Assembly (NCBI GenBank): GCA_947629415.1
Contig: CANRDP010000003.1
Coordinates: forward strand, 1-58,786
DNA: 58,786 nucleotides
Direction of reading: 5' to 3'
Source of the DNA: an uncultured Bacilli bacterium
Lineage (GTDB): Bacteria > Bacillota_I > Bacilli_A > RFN20 > CAG-449
The translations under genes and the position numbers were made by a program. Below the pieces are notes generated by a model. It saw nothing but the letters and a program-made list of their open reading frames with translations, did no database searches and had not been told where the DNA came from. Shown in pieces: positions 21,454 to 31,364 of the stretch (within the stretch, counting starts at the first letter, position 1; the number at the start of each line of letters is the position of its first letter).

Positions 21454-22134
21454 TTATCGGGATTCGACTTTTTCCTTTTTCCATTTGGCTTTTATTTCTT
21501 CCAGATGATCGAAAAGTAAAAATAAATAACCGATAATGACGAAAGCTGCAATCAAACCGAAGAGCCATAAGAAAAATCCACCATAACCCAAAGTATCAAT
21601 ATCTAAGAAAAAATAAGGATAAACGATTTCGGTCGTGGCATGATTGACAATTAAGCCGCGGATTACGATAAATGCAACATAAATTAAAGGCATAATTAAT
21701 GATATTAAAGGGTAATACCATTTTGTTTTCTTATGCTCATAAAAGAAAATCCAATCGGCGAAAAACATTAAGGGCAAAAAGACATGTAAAGTTAAATTAT
21801 TTAAAGATGTAAAATAATCTTCTATAGGATTTAATCTTGCCAAAAATAAATTATAAACCAAGAAAGTAACAAGAATCATGATAAGACACATGAACTTGAA
21901 TTTTGGTGCGAAATTAATCGGACCATCTTCTTTTTTATTGGCTTTTTTCATCACATGTACAAGTGAAGCAAACATAAATCCAAGACAAATATAATTGCTT
22001 AAATTCGTGTAGTAAACATAAAAATTGGCCTGAAATGATTTTGCAAAAAGACCAAGACCTGCCAAAACTCCCACGACTCCGAGTGTACAATAAATGGTAA
22101 GAAATAAAATTTGAATGTTGCGGTTTTTTATCAT
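21454..22134 (-). CDS. Pr6Pr family membrane protein
   Basis: YYTNLSN, TFLVY, LHV..P, YPYFFLD; about 6 TM helices. Confidence 0.75.
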   Translation of the reverse strand: MIKNRNIQILFLTIYCTLGVVGVLAGLGLFAKSFQANFYVYYTNLSNYICLGFMFASLVHVMKKANKKEDGPINFAPKFKFMCLIMILVTFLVYNLFLARLNPIEDYFTSLNNLTLHVFLPLMFFADWIFFYEHKKTKWYYPLISLIMPLIYVAFIVIRGLIVNHATTEIVYPYFFLDIDTLGYGGFFLWLFGLIAAFVIIGYLFLLFDHLEEIKAKWKKEKVESR

Positions 22135-22144
22135 ATTTTCCTCC

Positions 22145-22591
22145 TTAATTAACCTCTTTCTCTATGTTTTTCAGATTTTGTTCGATAAGATGAAGCGATT
22201 TATAGAGATTATTCCTCCAAATAGGATTTAAAGAATCTCCGGCTTTTTCAAATATCAATTGAATTTTTTCGGAAATATATTTTCCTTTTTCTTTTCCTTT
22301 TTCGGTCAAACGATAAAGATTTTTATAAATTTTTTCTTCTTTACGAACAAGATAAACATAATCTTTCCGTTCTAAATCTTTTAGAGTTCTTGAAATTGCT
22401 GCTTTATCCTCATTACATAAATTGGAAAGATTTTTCGCATTTATTCCTTCCTCTTCATAAAAAAGATAATAAAGGCACTGTACTTGGTTTCCTTTTAAAC
22501 CGATTTCTTTCATTTCCGTGCTTTTTATTTTTTGAATCAGACGATAAAGGGAAGTGATAAGCGAAGTAAATTCAATATATCTTTCCTGCAT
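22145..22591 (-). CDS. MarR family transcriptional regulator
   Basis: wHTH pattern DKAAISRTLKDLE...LTEKG; start ATG 22591 behind GAGGTG. Confidence 0.88.
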   Translation of the reverse strand: MQERYIEFTSLITSLYRLIQKIKSTEMKEIGLKGNQVQCLYYLFYEEEGINAKNLSNLCNEDKAAISRTLKDLERKDYVYLVRKEEKIYKNLYRLTEKGKEKGKYISEKIQLIFEKAGDSLNPIWRNNLYKSLHLIEQNLKNIEKEVN

Positions 22592-22621
22592 GAACAACAC
22601 CTCTTTTCAAAAGTAGCATAT

Positions 22622-22645
22622 AAATTGTTGATATGTCAACAATTT
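22622..22645. promoter_or_regulatory. palindromic operator, probable MarR site, overlapping the -35 of the marR promoter
   Basis: AAATTGTTGA-tatg-TCAACAATTT (perfect 10-bp arms); contains TTGACA on the minus strand. Confidence 0.7.
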
Positions 22646-22718
22646 TTTTTAATAAATTTCTTTCTTATTCTTTGGTCTACTTTTTTTCCTCTTTTCATAT
22701 TTTTAAGCGGGTGAGATA

Positions 22719-23876
22719 ATGAAATTTTTAAAATTCTTTACGATTTTCTTTTTAATTTTTGGATTTCTCATAACGCCGAATACCTTCTATGTTCATGCCG
22801 ATGTGAATTTGGATTTACATGCAACTTCCGCGGTTTTAATGGAACCGATTTCAAAAACGATTCTTTATGAAAAGAATAAAGATCAAAAATTATATCCGGC
22901 TTCTATGACAAAAATGATGGGACTCACACTGGCGTTGGAGGCAATAAACGATGGTCGTATAACTTGGGAAGAAGAAGTGACGGTCAGTGAGTACGCTTCC
23001 AGTATGGGAGGTACGCAAATATATCTTGAGCCGAATGAGAAAATGTCGGTTCGTGATTTATTTAAAGCGGTTGCCATCAATTCCGCGAACGATGCGATTT
23101 GTGCACTTGGAGAGCATATTTTTCATTCTCCGAATGCTTTTATTGATGAAATGAATCAAAGAGCAAAAGATTTCGGAATGGTGAATACTTCTTTTAGAAA
23201 TGCGACGGGTTTTGATGATGAAAATCATTATACTACGGCATATGATATGGCTTTGCTGGCATCTCATTTGGTGTCGTATGGAAATCAGATTTTGCAATTT
23301 ACTTCCATGAAAGAAGGATATGTAAGAGAAAATAGTGAAAAGCCTTTTTGGCTCGTCAACACAAACAAACTTCTAAGATATTATGATGGAATGGATGGCT
23401 TGAAGACCGGATATACATCAAAAGCAGGTTATAATCTTTCGGCGACGGCAAAACGAAATGGTGTCCGTCTTGTCAGTGTCGTCATGAATTTAGATACTAT
23501 TGCCCATCGTTCTCAAGATACGACAAGATTATTGGATTATGGATTTTCTTTATTGCATAGAGAAACTCTCTTTCAGAAGGGAGATGTTATATCCGATGTA
23601 ACTTTAGATACGATAAAAAAAGACAAAATTCAGGCTGTCGTGGAAGAAGATGTCGATATTCTCTTATTTAAAGATGAAAGAAAAGAGGATGTTGTTATGA
23701 CGTTCGATCTTTATGTTCAAAGACCCCCGATAGAAAAAGATCAGGAAATCGGATTATTAAAATTGGTAACACCTTCCAAAAGGGAATACCAATATAAGAT
23801 TTATAGCAACAAAGAAGTGGAAGAATTATCGTTCTTCGATCTGGTCGTAAATTATATTATGGAATTCATCTTATAA
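22719..23876 (+). CDS. dacF: D-alanyl-D-alanine carboxypeptidase (S11)
   Basis: SMTK, SAN, KTG motifs; LVNTNKL typical of DacF; lies between pdp and spoIIA. Confidence 0.8.
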   Translation: MKFLKFFTIFFLIFGFLITPNTFYVHADVNLDLHATSAVLMEPISKTILYEKNKDQKLYPASMTKMMGLTLALEAINDGRITWEEEVTVSEYASSMGGTQIYLEPNEKMSVRDLFKAVAINSANDAICALGEHIFHSPNAFIDEMNQRAKDFGMVNTSFRNATGFDDENHYTTAYDMALLASHLVSYGNQILQFTSMKEGYVRENSEKPFWLVNTNKLLRYYDGMDGLKTGYTSKAGYNLSATAKRNGVRLVSVVMNLDTIAHRSQDTTRLLDYGFSLLHRETLFQKGDVISDVTLDTIKKDKIQAVVEEDVDILLFKDERKEDVVMTFDLYVQRPPIEKDQEIGLLKLVTPSKREYQYKIYSNKEVEELSFFDLVVNYIMEFIL

Positions 23877-23894
23877 AGAAATTTTATCTTTCCC

Positions 23895-23921
23895 AATATG
23901 CCTTTCAAAGGCATATTTTTC
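23895..23921 (+). terminator. rho-independent terminator
   Basis: AATATGCCTT-tca-AAGGCATATT followed by T run. Confidence 0.75.
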
Positions 23922-23997
23922 TAAAGGAAAATGAAAAAATGATTTAACTGCAGTTTTTTTCTTATAAATGGTATATTATTAAATCATATATGAGGTT

Positions 23998-25764
23998 TTG
24001 AAAATGAATGAGGATGCTTTATTGGAACCGAGAAAAGCATATGAAGAAATGTGCGATCTTCATCGTCAAAATAGTGAAAAATTTTTTGATGATCTGGTAA
24101 TGAAATCGGGAATTTCTGTAGAGGAAAATAAGAAAACAATTGCAGAATATAAAAATATTTGCAAGCAGTATACGTTGGAAACAAAAGAAAACAATAAAAT
24201 TAAAAATATTCGAAGATTAATTCTTTTTCTCATTATTCTTTTTCTCATTTTCTTTTTTCTTTTCCTTTTTTTCGGATTCATGAATCAATCGATAAATGTT
24301 CTCCATATCGTTCTCAGTGCTTCTTTTCTTGCTATCGGTATCGTCTTAATTTGTCTTGTGCGAAATAAAATTAATAAGATGATTTCAGGGAAGAATCTCA
24401 TTTTGAAAAAATTGGAAAGTCAAATGCAACAAAAAAAGAACGAAGGTTACAAACAATTGCAACCTTTAAATGAACTTTATGATTGGAATATGCATACAAA
24501 AATTATCAATGAAACCATTCCTTTACTTCATTTAGATGAAAATTTTCATGTGGAGAGATACCAATATATGGTGGAAAAATACGGATTAAAAGACAATAAT
24601 GATCCAAAAAAATCCACGGTATTCGTTCAATCCGGATCCATTTTGGGAAATCCGTTTTTGTTACAAAAGAATTTTATTCAAAGTATGGAAAAAGTGCCGT
24701 ATACCGGATCTTTAACGATCACCTGGAGTGAGATGGTCCATGAAAAAGATCGGACTCGAATGGTACATCGATCACAAACATTGATGGCTACAATTTGGAA
24801 AGATGCTCCCACCTATACTACGGAAACTTGGCTTATCTATGGAAATGAAGCTGCACCGCATTTGACTTTTTCCCGTGCTCCTTCACAAAGCAATACGATG
24901 AGTGAAAAGGAAATGGAAAAATATGTGAAATCTTTCGATAAAAAATTGGATAAAATGGTACAAAAAGATATGGATGATCCGATTGGTGAGCAATTTACAA
25001 GACTTGCAAATGAAAAATTCGAAGCTCTTTTTCAAGCATTTGATCGAAATGATGAAATGGAATTTCGTTTATTATTTACACCATTGGCACAGAAAAATAT
25101 GTTGGATTTAATTACCACGAAAGAACCTTATGGTGATGATTTTTATTTTATAAAAGATTTGAAATTGAATTATATAAAAACAAAGCATGCACAATATCAT
25201 GATTACATCGGATCTCCGAAAAGTTTTATGGATTATGATTATGAACATGCACGACATCATTTTATCGATTACAATGTTCATTATTTCCAATCTTTATTTT
25301 TTGATCTTGCACCTCTTATTTCCATTCCTTTATATCAGCAGACAAAAACAACGGAATACATTTATAAAGAAGAGTACAAGAGTAATGTATCAAGCTACGA
25401 GCATGAAGTTTTGGCTAATTCTTTTCCCATCAATCTTTTGAAACATCCTTCCAGCGGAACAAAAGTCATTTTGAAAACGGAATTTCTTAATAAAGAAGAA
25501 GATGAGGATCAAGTGCTGGTCCATGCCTATTCTTTCCGAGTAGAAGATCACGTGCAACATGTTTCCGTATTTGGACAGGACGGAAAATATCATCATGTTC
25601 CGGTGCATTATAAGGAATTTATACCGGTTTTAAAAGATAGTAAAATAATAGTGAAAAATTATAAAAAAGATGTAAACGACAATAAAAATGGAAACACTTC
25701 ACAAAAGAACAATAAAAATGTTACAATATACGAAAGAGGATTAGCCGCTTTTCTTCAAAAATAA
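23998..25764 (+). CDS. conserved membrane-anchored protein, MAG1210-like family
   Basis: Two N-terminal TM helices, SGSILGNPF, EFRLLFTPLAQ; directly upstream of LemA as in Mollicutes. Confidence 0.6.
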   Translation: MKMNEDALLEPRKAYEEMCDLHRQNSEKFFDDLVMKSGISVEENKKTIAEYKNICKQYTLETKENNKIKNIRRLILFLIILFLIFFFLFLFFGFMNQSINVLHIVLSASFLAIGIVLICLVRNKINKMISGKNLILKKLESQMQQKKNEGYKQLQPLNELYDWNMHTKIINETIPLLHLDENFHVERYQYMVEKYGLKDNNDPKKSTVFVQSGSILGNPFLLQKNFIQSMEKVPYTGSLTITWSEMVHEKDRTRMVHRSQTLMATIWKDAPTYTTETWLIYGNEAAPHLTFSRAPSQSNTMSEKEMEKYVKSFDKKLDKMVQKDMDDPIGEQFTRLANEKFEALFQAFDRNDEMEFRLLFTPLAQKNMLDLITTKEPYGDDFYFIKDLKLNYIKTKHAQYHDYIGSPKSFMDYDYEHARHHFIDYNVHYFQSLFFDLAPLISIPLYQQTKTTEYIYKEEYKSNVSSYEHEVLANSFPINLLKHPSSGTKVILKTEFLNKEEDEDQVLVHAYSFRVEDHVQHVSVFGQDGKYHHVPVHYKEFIPVLKDSKIIVKNYKKDVNDNKNGNTSQKNNKNVTIYERGLAAFLQK

Positions 25765-25784
25765 GGCGATATAAGGAGGATATT

Positions 25785-26444
25785 ATGGCAAATGAATTAG
25801 ATGAAAAAACCGGTGTTGTATATGAAAAAGGACGGGATATTCATGTTATTGATCAACAAATTCAAGTAAAAGTTGGTGCCGGTTCTATTGTTTTTCAGGT
25901 ACTTTTATGGGTTTTGGGTATTCTTCCCGGAATTATTTTTTTGTTCATGAAAATCAATGCTGGAAATTATTTGAGTAAATTGCAACAAAAAGTACAACAC
26001 GATGCTTCTCAAATCGATAATTATTTGGAGCAAAGAGTTGTGATTCTTCAAAATGTAGCGAAATTGCTTGATAAAGCAATCGATCTTGATAAATCCACTT
26101 TCAGCGATATCGCTGCTTTACGTTCCGGGAATCGGGCGAATTCTTTAAATAATGTCGCAACAAAAGTAGAGGATGTAAATACCAAAATCAATTTTGCCGT
26201 CGAAAGATATCCCGATCTTAAAGCACATCAAGAAATTGCTGATGCCATGCAACAAAATTCTTATTTGCAAAAAGAAATTACCGCGGCAAGAGAAACCTAT
26301 AATGACACCGTCAATCAATGGAATCGCGACATTTTTTCTTGGCCGACGAAAATGATCGTTGCATCCAAACGAGGTTATACCACCAGAATTCCTTTTACCG
26401 CTTCTTCGGAAATTAAGGAAAGATCAAGAGAAGTTTTCTTTTAA
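25785..26444 (+). CDS. LemA family protein
   Basis: TM helix, IDNYLEQR, ERYPDLKA, AARETYN..V..WN...WP. Confidence 0.88.
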   Translation: MANELDEKTGVVYEKGRDIHVIDQQIQVKVGAGSIVFQVLLWVLGILPGIIFLFMKINAGNYLSKLQQKVQHDASQIDNYLEQRVVILQNVAKLLDKAIDLDKSTFSDIAALRSGNRANSLNNVATKVEDVNTKINFAVERYPDLKAHQEIADAMQQNSYLQKEITAARETYNDTVNQWNRDIFSWPTKMIVASKRGYTTRIPFTASSEIKERSREVFF

Positions 26445-26584
26445 AAAAGAAAAAAGAAATTGAGAATTTATTTTCTTATTCTACGAATGGGAAAATGAAA
26501 TGAAAATAGTGATTTGAATTTCACTTAATGGATTACAAAACAGGATAATCATTTATTTATAGAAATATTTACTATAAAAATGGA

Positions 26585-29509
26585 TTATCTTTTTTTGTGC
26601 CTATATTTAACTATAAGAAAGCCGATTCCTATGATGATTACAGATGCAGTAGGAACAAGAATGGCTACCCATATTAAATTTTCTTGATTTGATGAATTTT
26701 CAAGGATGATTTCAAAAGTAAGTTCTGTAGTTTCATAATTACTTGCATCCTCTCCAATATATATTGCTTTTGCCACCATTTTGTTTCCGACAATTTCAAT
26801 ACTTTCATCTTCCCAGATGAATCCTGCTGGAAGCGTGATATCCGCTAAAGTAGAGGCATTTTCTTCATGATGAATGGTGGTCTCCACATCAGGTTTTTCG
26901 GCTTTTGTAATCGTAAAATGAAGCACTTTTGTACCTTTATAATTATGGATCCCTTGAATAATGATTGTAGCCGTTCCGGCATTGACGTTATTTTGATATT
27001 CTACCACGTAATCAAGATCTTTAATCAAGGTATATGTTCCGTCTTGAGCAGTAATTGAGGGTGTTTTTTCTTTTCCGTCATAAACATAAAATTCTACTTC
27101 AAGTGTTAATTCCGTTATTAAGGAAATTTCAAATTGCTTTTCTTTAATGATGGTGATTTCTATCTCCGTATTGGTATAATTATGACCATCTTCTCCGATA
27201 TAAACTGCATTTGCTTTAAAGATATCACCGGTAATTTCTTGATTTTGATCTTTCCATATCCAATTTTCACAATTCAAAGGAATTTGATTGAGGGTTTTAA
27301 TTTTATTGCTGACATTTATAATGGTATCTGGTATTTCTTCAGGATAAGTAGCTTTTTGAATGGTAAAGGTTTTACGGATTTCATTACAAAAGTGACCTTC
27401 CCCTTTGATGATTATGGTCGCTATACCTGCCTCGACATTATTTTGATAGGTTAAAAGATAATCGATTTCTTCATATAATGGATTATTTTCATAAGTAATT
27501 TGAATGCTCGGAATAATGGGGTCACCATTATAAATATAATTACCAAAAATTTCAATTGTCGCATTTGCGATAGGAATACTATCCGGGAAATCTTGATCGA
27601 GTTTATTGATATAAAAATCGCAAGTAAGGACTTCATAAAAATCCTGATCCGTTCCGATATATTTTAAAGAAACAGGATATTCCGTCTGTCCATAGTCTAA
27701 TTTTTTATTTTCATCTACCCAAGTCCAATCATCAGGAATAGAAATATCATATAAATATTCGATATCATTATAAACCGTCAAAGTACCACTTAGTGCTCCG
27801 GGAGGAAGATGAGCTTTTTTGACTTCAAAAGTTGTCGTGCGGATTCCTTTATAATCCTCTATACCTATAATTTCTAATGTCGCTATACCCGGAGAGGTAA
27901 TTTGTGGTACTTTTAAAGTATAGTCTTGCTCTTCCTTAAGTAGTATATCATCAAAATAAACCTGAACTTCGGGAATTAAAGGCTTATCTTTTTCATAATA
28001 GAGCACTCGATTTTTCATTTCGACCCGTGCATAACTTAAATCATGAGCTTCTTCCGGTTTCGCTTTCCGTTCGATGGTATTGGTGATGGCTCTTATTTTT
28101 GCACTTCTATTCGTGGTTTTGAAGTTTGTCCATTTTCCGTTTTCAAGATAATAAGTCATATCATTCGTGGAGGCATAATTATCTTGAGCACATCTTACCG
28201 AAATAGGGGTATTGGATTTTGTTTTACATCTTATCACAACAGAAAAATATTCTCCTTGTTCTAAATTTAGCGGTTGATTTAAATCAATGGTATGCATTCC
28301 CATTTCATCCACATGAGTATTACTATCATAAGCAGGGGTATTTTGTTCCGGTATATTCATGGCATCATAAATGTTACAGGGATTTGCATTTAAATTTTTA
28401 TAAATCTTAACATTAACATCTAAATTATTTTCTGGAGTATAGATCATTACCGCCTTTAATTGTTCTTGTTTCGTCGGAGAGGATCGTTTTGCTTCATAAA
28501 TCGCTCCTTGGGCTTCACCGCCGAATTTATTCATATCCATAGTGATATTGCCATCATAATAATAGATATTTTGATAGTCTTTTCGCATGGCAATATCAAC
28601 AGAATAAAGACCTCCGATAGGCTGTTCATAAGAAATATAATAAGCTGTGGTGTTATTCATCATATTAGGATTCGTTTCATTTCCCCAGCTGTTTTTGATA
28701 ATCCACGCTCCGTCATTCAGAGGATTTTTCGGCTTAAAATCGGAACTTTTTATCGTATCATCCCAACCAATAATGAGAGATGTATGATTGGATGAAGCAC
28801 TGGGATCAAAGTAGATATAATCTTTTGGAGCACTATAATTAAAAGTAACGGCACCATACTTTAAAATAGCTTTTTTAATAGCTTCTTTCTCATTATCGAT
28901 ACTTTGATAACTTTGCACATAGTATTTCGATTGTTTGAGTTTACTTTTAATGGTATCATCCGATACCGATGAATGGAAATTATTTTCATCTAAAAGAGTA
29001 TATCCTTGAGTCATGATGGAAAAAGCGTTTGGAGAACCGGTATCACCTTGATTCCAATGTCCATAACTATAAGTATCATTGGTAGTTAAAAAAAGAGGAT
29101 CCTGACTTCCATCCCGGGTATGTCGATTATAAGAAGCAATTGTTTCATCAAAATCCAATTTTTCTTTTGTCGCATCTTTATCGATACCCTTGCGGAGGAT
29201 GTTTGTTTCCGCGGCACCGACCGCGGCAAAAACCCAACAAGTATTTTTGGTGTATTGATTTCTTGTCGGGGTGATATAGTTAAATTCTCTTCCATCAAAT
29301 TCCGTTAAATTGGTTGCCCAATAATTTAATTGTTCATCATCTGCTTTTTGCAAATCATCGAGTTTTGCCGGTGGAGTTTCATCTATTCTTCTTACTTGTT
29401 TTTTTGCTTCTTCAAGCATATTTATCGAAGAAGATGAAAAAATACTTGTTCCGGATATAGAAAAACCAAGGGAACAAAAGATCATCATAGCGAATAAGTA
29501 TTTTTTCAT
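26585..29509 (-). CDS. surface-anchored papain-like (C1) cysteine protease with lectin-like domain and three tandem repeats
   Basis: Signal peptide, NQ...CWVFA, NH...IGWDD, KNSWG, NIYYYDG, C-terminal TM plus basic tail; start 29509 behind AAGGAG. Confidence 0.85.
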   Translation of the reverse strand: MKKYLFAMMIFCSLGFSISGTSIFSSSSINMLEEAKKQVRRIDETPPAKLDDLQKADDEQLNYWATNLTEFDGREFNYITPTRNQYTKNTCWVFAAVGAAETNILRKGIDKDATKEKLDFDETIASYNRHTRDGSQDPLFLTTNDTYSYGHWNQGDTGSPNAFSIMTQGYTLLDENNFHSSVSDDTIKSKLKQSKYYVQSYQSIDNEKEAIKKAILKYGAVTFNYSAPKDYIYFDPSASSNHTSLIIGWDDTIKSSDFKPKNPLNDGAWIIKNSWGNETNPNMMNNTTAYYISYEQPIGGLYSVDIAMRKDYQNIYYYDGNITMDMNKFGGEAQGAIYEAKRSSPTKQEQLKAVMIYTPENNLDVNVKIYKNLNANPCNIYDAMNIPEQNTPAYDSNTHVDEMGMHTIDLNQPLNLEQGEYFSVVIRCKTKSNTPISVRCAQDNYASTNDMTYYLENGKWTNFKTTNRSAKIRAITNTIERKAKPEEAHDLSYARVEMKNRVLYYEKDKPLIPEVQVYFDDILLKEEQDYTLKVPQITSPGIATLEIIGIEDYKGIRTTTFEVKKAHLPPGALSGTLTVYNDIEYLYDISIPDDWTWVDENKKLDYGQTEYPVSLKYIGTDQDFYEVLTCDFYINKLDQDFPDSIPIANATIEIFGNYIYNGDPIIPSIQITYENNPLYEEIDYLLTYQNNVEAGIATIIIKGEGHFCNEIRKTFTIQKATYPEEIPDTIINVSNKIKTLNQIPLNCENWIWKDQNQEITGDIFKANAVYIGEDGHNYTNTEIEITIIKEKQFEISLITELTLEVEFYVYDGKEKTPSITAQDGTYTLIKDLDYVVEYQNNVNAGTATIIIQGIHNYKGTKVLHFTITKAEKPDVETTIHHEENASTLADITLPAGFIWEDESIEIVGNKMVAKAIYIGEDASNYETTELTFEIILENSSNQENLIWVAILVPTASVIIIGIGFLIVKYRHKKR
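26700..28030 (-). repeat. three ~150-aa (450-nt) intragenic tandem repeats
   Basis: Recurring Y.G....P.I....L....DY...Y.NN..AG.A.I.I.G...Y.G.....F.I.KA...W.W.D...Y.G.D units starting near 28020, 27580 and 27130. Confidence 0.75.
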
Positions 29510-29709
29510 ATAGAGTCTTAACATCTCCTTACACATAGTGTAACATTGCTTCATTTTTTAAGCAACCAATAGAAATCATGGAAATTTATCTTCATGAGAA
29601 ATTTTCGATATGCTTAATATTTTCTTTACAAAATATTGGATAAATGAAGTCGTTTTAAAAAATCGATAAGAATTTTAAAAAACTCTTATCGACAGTAAAA
29701 AAATGACTT

Positions 29710-29797
29710 TGTCGAAGAACTTCATTTTCTTTAAGGAAAATAAAAAATAATTGGCTGAAAATGGCGAAAAATAGAGTTTTTTAGATGTTTTGTCGAA
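29710..29797 (+). promoter_or_regulatory. three Spo0A boxes upstream of spoIIA
   Basis: TGNCGAA exact matches: TGTCGAA 29710-29716, TGGCGAA 29762-29768, TGTCGAA 29791-29797. Confidence 0.7.
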
Positions 29798-29851
29798 CAT
29801 ATTTTTTTCCTTTTTTTTCTTGTTATAATGTTTTCCATGGAGGAAAATCAA

Positions 29852-30205
29852 ATGGAAAGCAAGATACGAATCACACCCTTTGAAGACGGACTTGTTATTA
29901 AATTTTCCGGCGAACTGGATTCTTCGAAAACCATGTTATATCGAGATAAAATTCATCGCGAAATGACATCCAGCGGGCCGAGATTTTTGTTGTTTGATTT
30001 AAAAGATTGTTCCTTTTTGGATTCAGCGGGAATCGGATTGATTTTAGGACGATTCAATGAAGTGGAAAAAGTTGCTGGAGGATGCGGCTTTATTCATCTT
30101 TCTCCTTATGCACGAAAAGTAATCAAAATCAGCGGGCTTTTTTCCGTGATGAAAGAATATAGTTCCCTTATGGAATTTCGAAAAGATATGGGGGTAAAAT
30201 TATGA
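29852..30205 (+). CDS. spoIIAA: anti-sigma F factor antagonist
   Basis: STAS domain, GELD, FLDSAGIGLILGR; start ATG 29852 behind GGAGG. Confidence 0.92.
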   Translation: MESKIRITPFEDGLVIKFSGELDSSKTMLYRDKIHREMTSSGPRFLLFDLKDCSFLDSAGIGLILGRFNEVEKVAGGCGFIHLSPYARKVIKISGLFSVMKEYSSLMEFRKDMGVKL

Positions 30206-30648
30206 ATAAAATGGAATTACGTTTTTCCGCGACCTTAGCAAACGAATCCCTTGCCCGTACCGCTGTTAGTGCTTTTATTGCACCATTAAATCCAAGCTTA
30301 GAAGAAATTGGAGAAATCAAAACAATGGTTTCGGAAGCTGTTTCCAATGCAATTATTCATGGTTACGGATTTGATTCTGCAAAAGAAGTGATTTTAAGAT
30401 GTGAATTAGACCAATCGGTATTGACATTGGTGGTCATCGATTACGGAAAAGGAATTGAAAATATCGAAAATGCAAAAAAACCGCATTATTCTTCTCGACC
30501 GGATTTAGAACGTGCCGGAATGGGATTGACCATTATGGAGACTTTGGCGGATTCTTTTACCATTCGATCGGTTTTAGGTATGGGTTCCAAAGTGATTATC
30601 CGAAAGGAAATCCTTTCTGAGGAAACCTATGAAAAAGAGGGAGTTTGA
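30202..30648 (+). CDS. spoIIAB: anti-sigma F factor / kinase
   Basis: NESLAR, VSEAVSNAIIHGY, DYGKGI, ERAGMG. Confidence 0.95.
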   Translation: MNKMELRFSATLANESLARTAVSAFIAPLNPSLEEIGEIKTMVSEAVSNAIIHGYGFDSAKEVILRCELDQSVLTLVVIDYGKGIENIENAKKPHYSSRPDLERAGMGLTIMETLADSFTIRSVLGMGSKVIIRKEILSEETYEKEGV

Positions 30649-31354
30649 TTCTAACGAATTACTGAAAAAAGCACAGAAAGGAGATGAAAAAAGTTTTACA
30701 TTACTTTTGAAAATGCATGCCCCGTTGGTGCAATCCTTATTGAATCGATATACGATACGTTTTGAGGAAGCAGAAGATCTGAAATCCGCGGCAACCATGG
30801 GATTAATCAAAGCAATTCAAGGATTTAATCTTTCTTTGGGCTTTGAATTTTCCACTTATGCGGTTCCTTTGATTCTTGGCGAAATAAGAAAATATTTTCG
30901 CGATAATAAATTATTGTCACCGACTCGATCGGCACGGGAAAATTATCATAAAATTTTATCTTTACACGAGGAAAATATTTTTTCTCTTTCTCTTGAAGAA
31001 ATCGCTCAAAAAACTTCCTTGAGCAAAGAGGAAGTATTGGAAGCATTTGAATCTAATGGAAAACTTACTTCATTGGATGAAGCCGTCGATGAAGAGGAAA
31101 ATTTAACTTTACTTGATATGATCGGAGAAAATGATGTCTCGGAAAAAGATTATTATGATTTAAAAGAAGCAATACAATGTCTTTCGAAAAAAGAACAGTT
31201 ATTTATTGAAATGCGTTTTTTTCAGGGACGATCGCAAAAAGAAGTCGCCGAACGATTCTTTATGAGTCAGGTTCAGGTTTCCCGATTTGAAAAAAAGATT
31301 TTACTTTCTTTAAAAGAGAATATTCTTCATTTACCTTCACACACTAATGTGTGA
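30629..31354 (+). CDS. sigF: forespore sigma factor F
   Basis: FSTYAVPLILGEIRKYFRD, SQVQVSRFEKKIL; third gene of spoIIA. Confidence 0.9.
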   Translation: MKKREFDSNELLKKAQKGDEKSFTLLLKMHAPLVQSLLNRYTIRFEEAEDLKSAATMGLIKAIQGFNLSLGFEFSTYAVPLILGEIRKYFRDNKLLSPTRSARENYHKILSLHEENIFSLSLEEIAQKTSLSKEEVLEAFESNGKLTSLDEAVDEEENLTLLDMIGENDVSEKDYYDLKEAIQCLSKKEQLFIEMRFFQGRSQKEVAERFFMSQVQVSRFEKKILLSLKENILHLPSHTNV

Positions 31355-31364
31355 GGTGTCAAAA

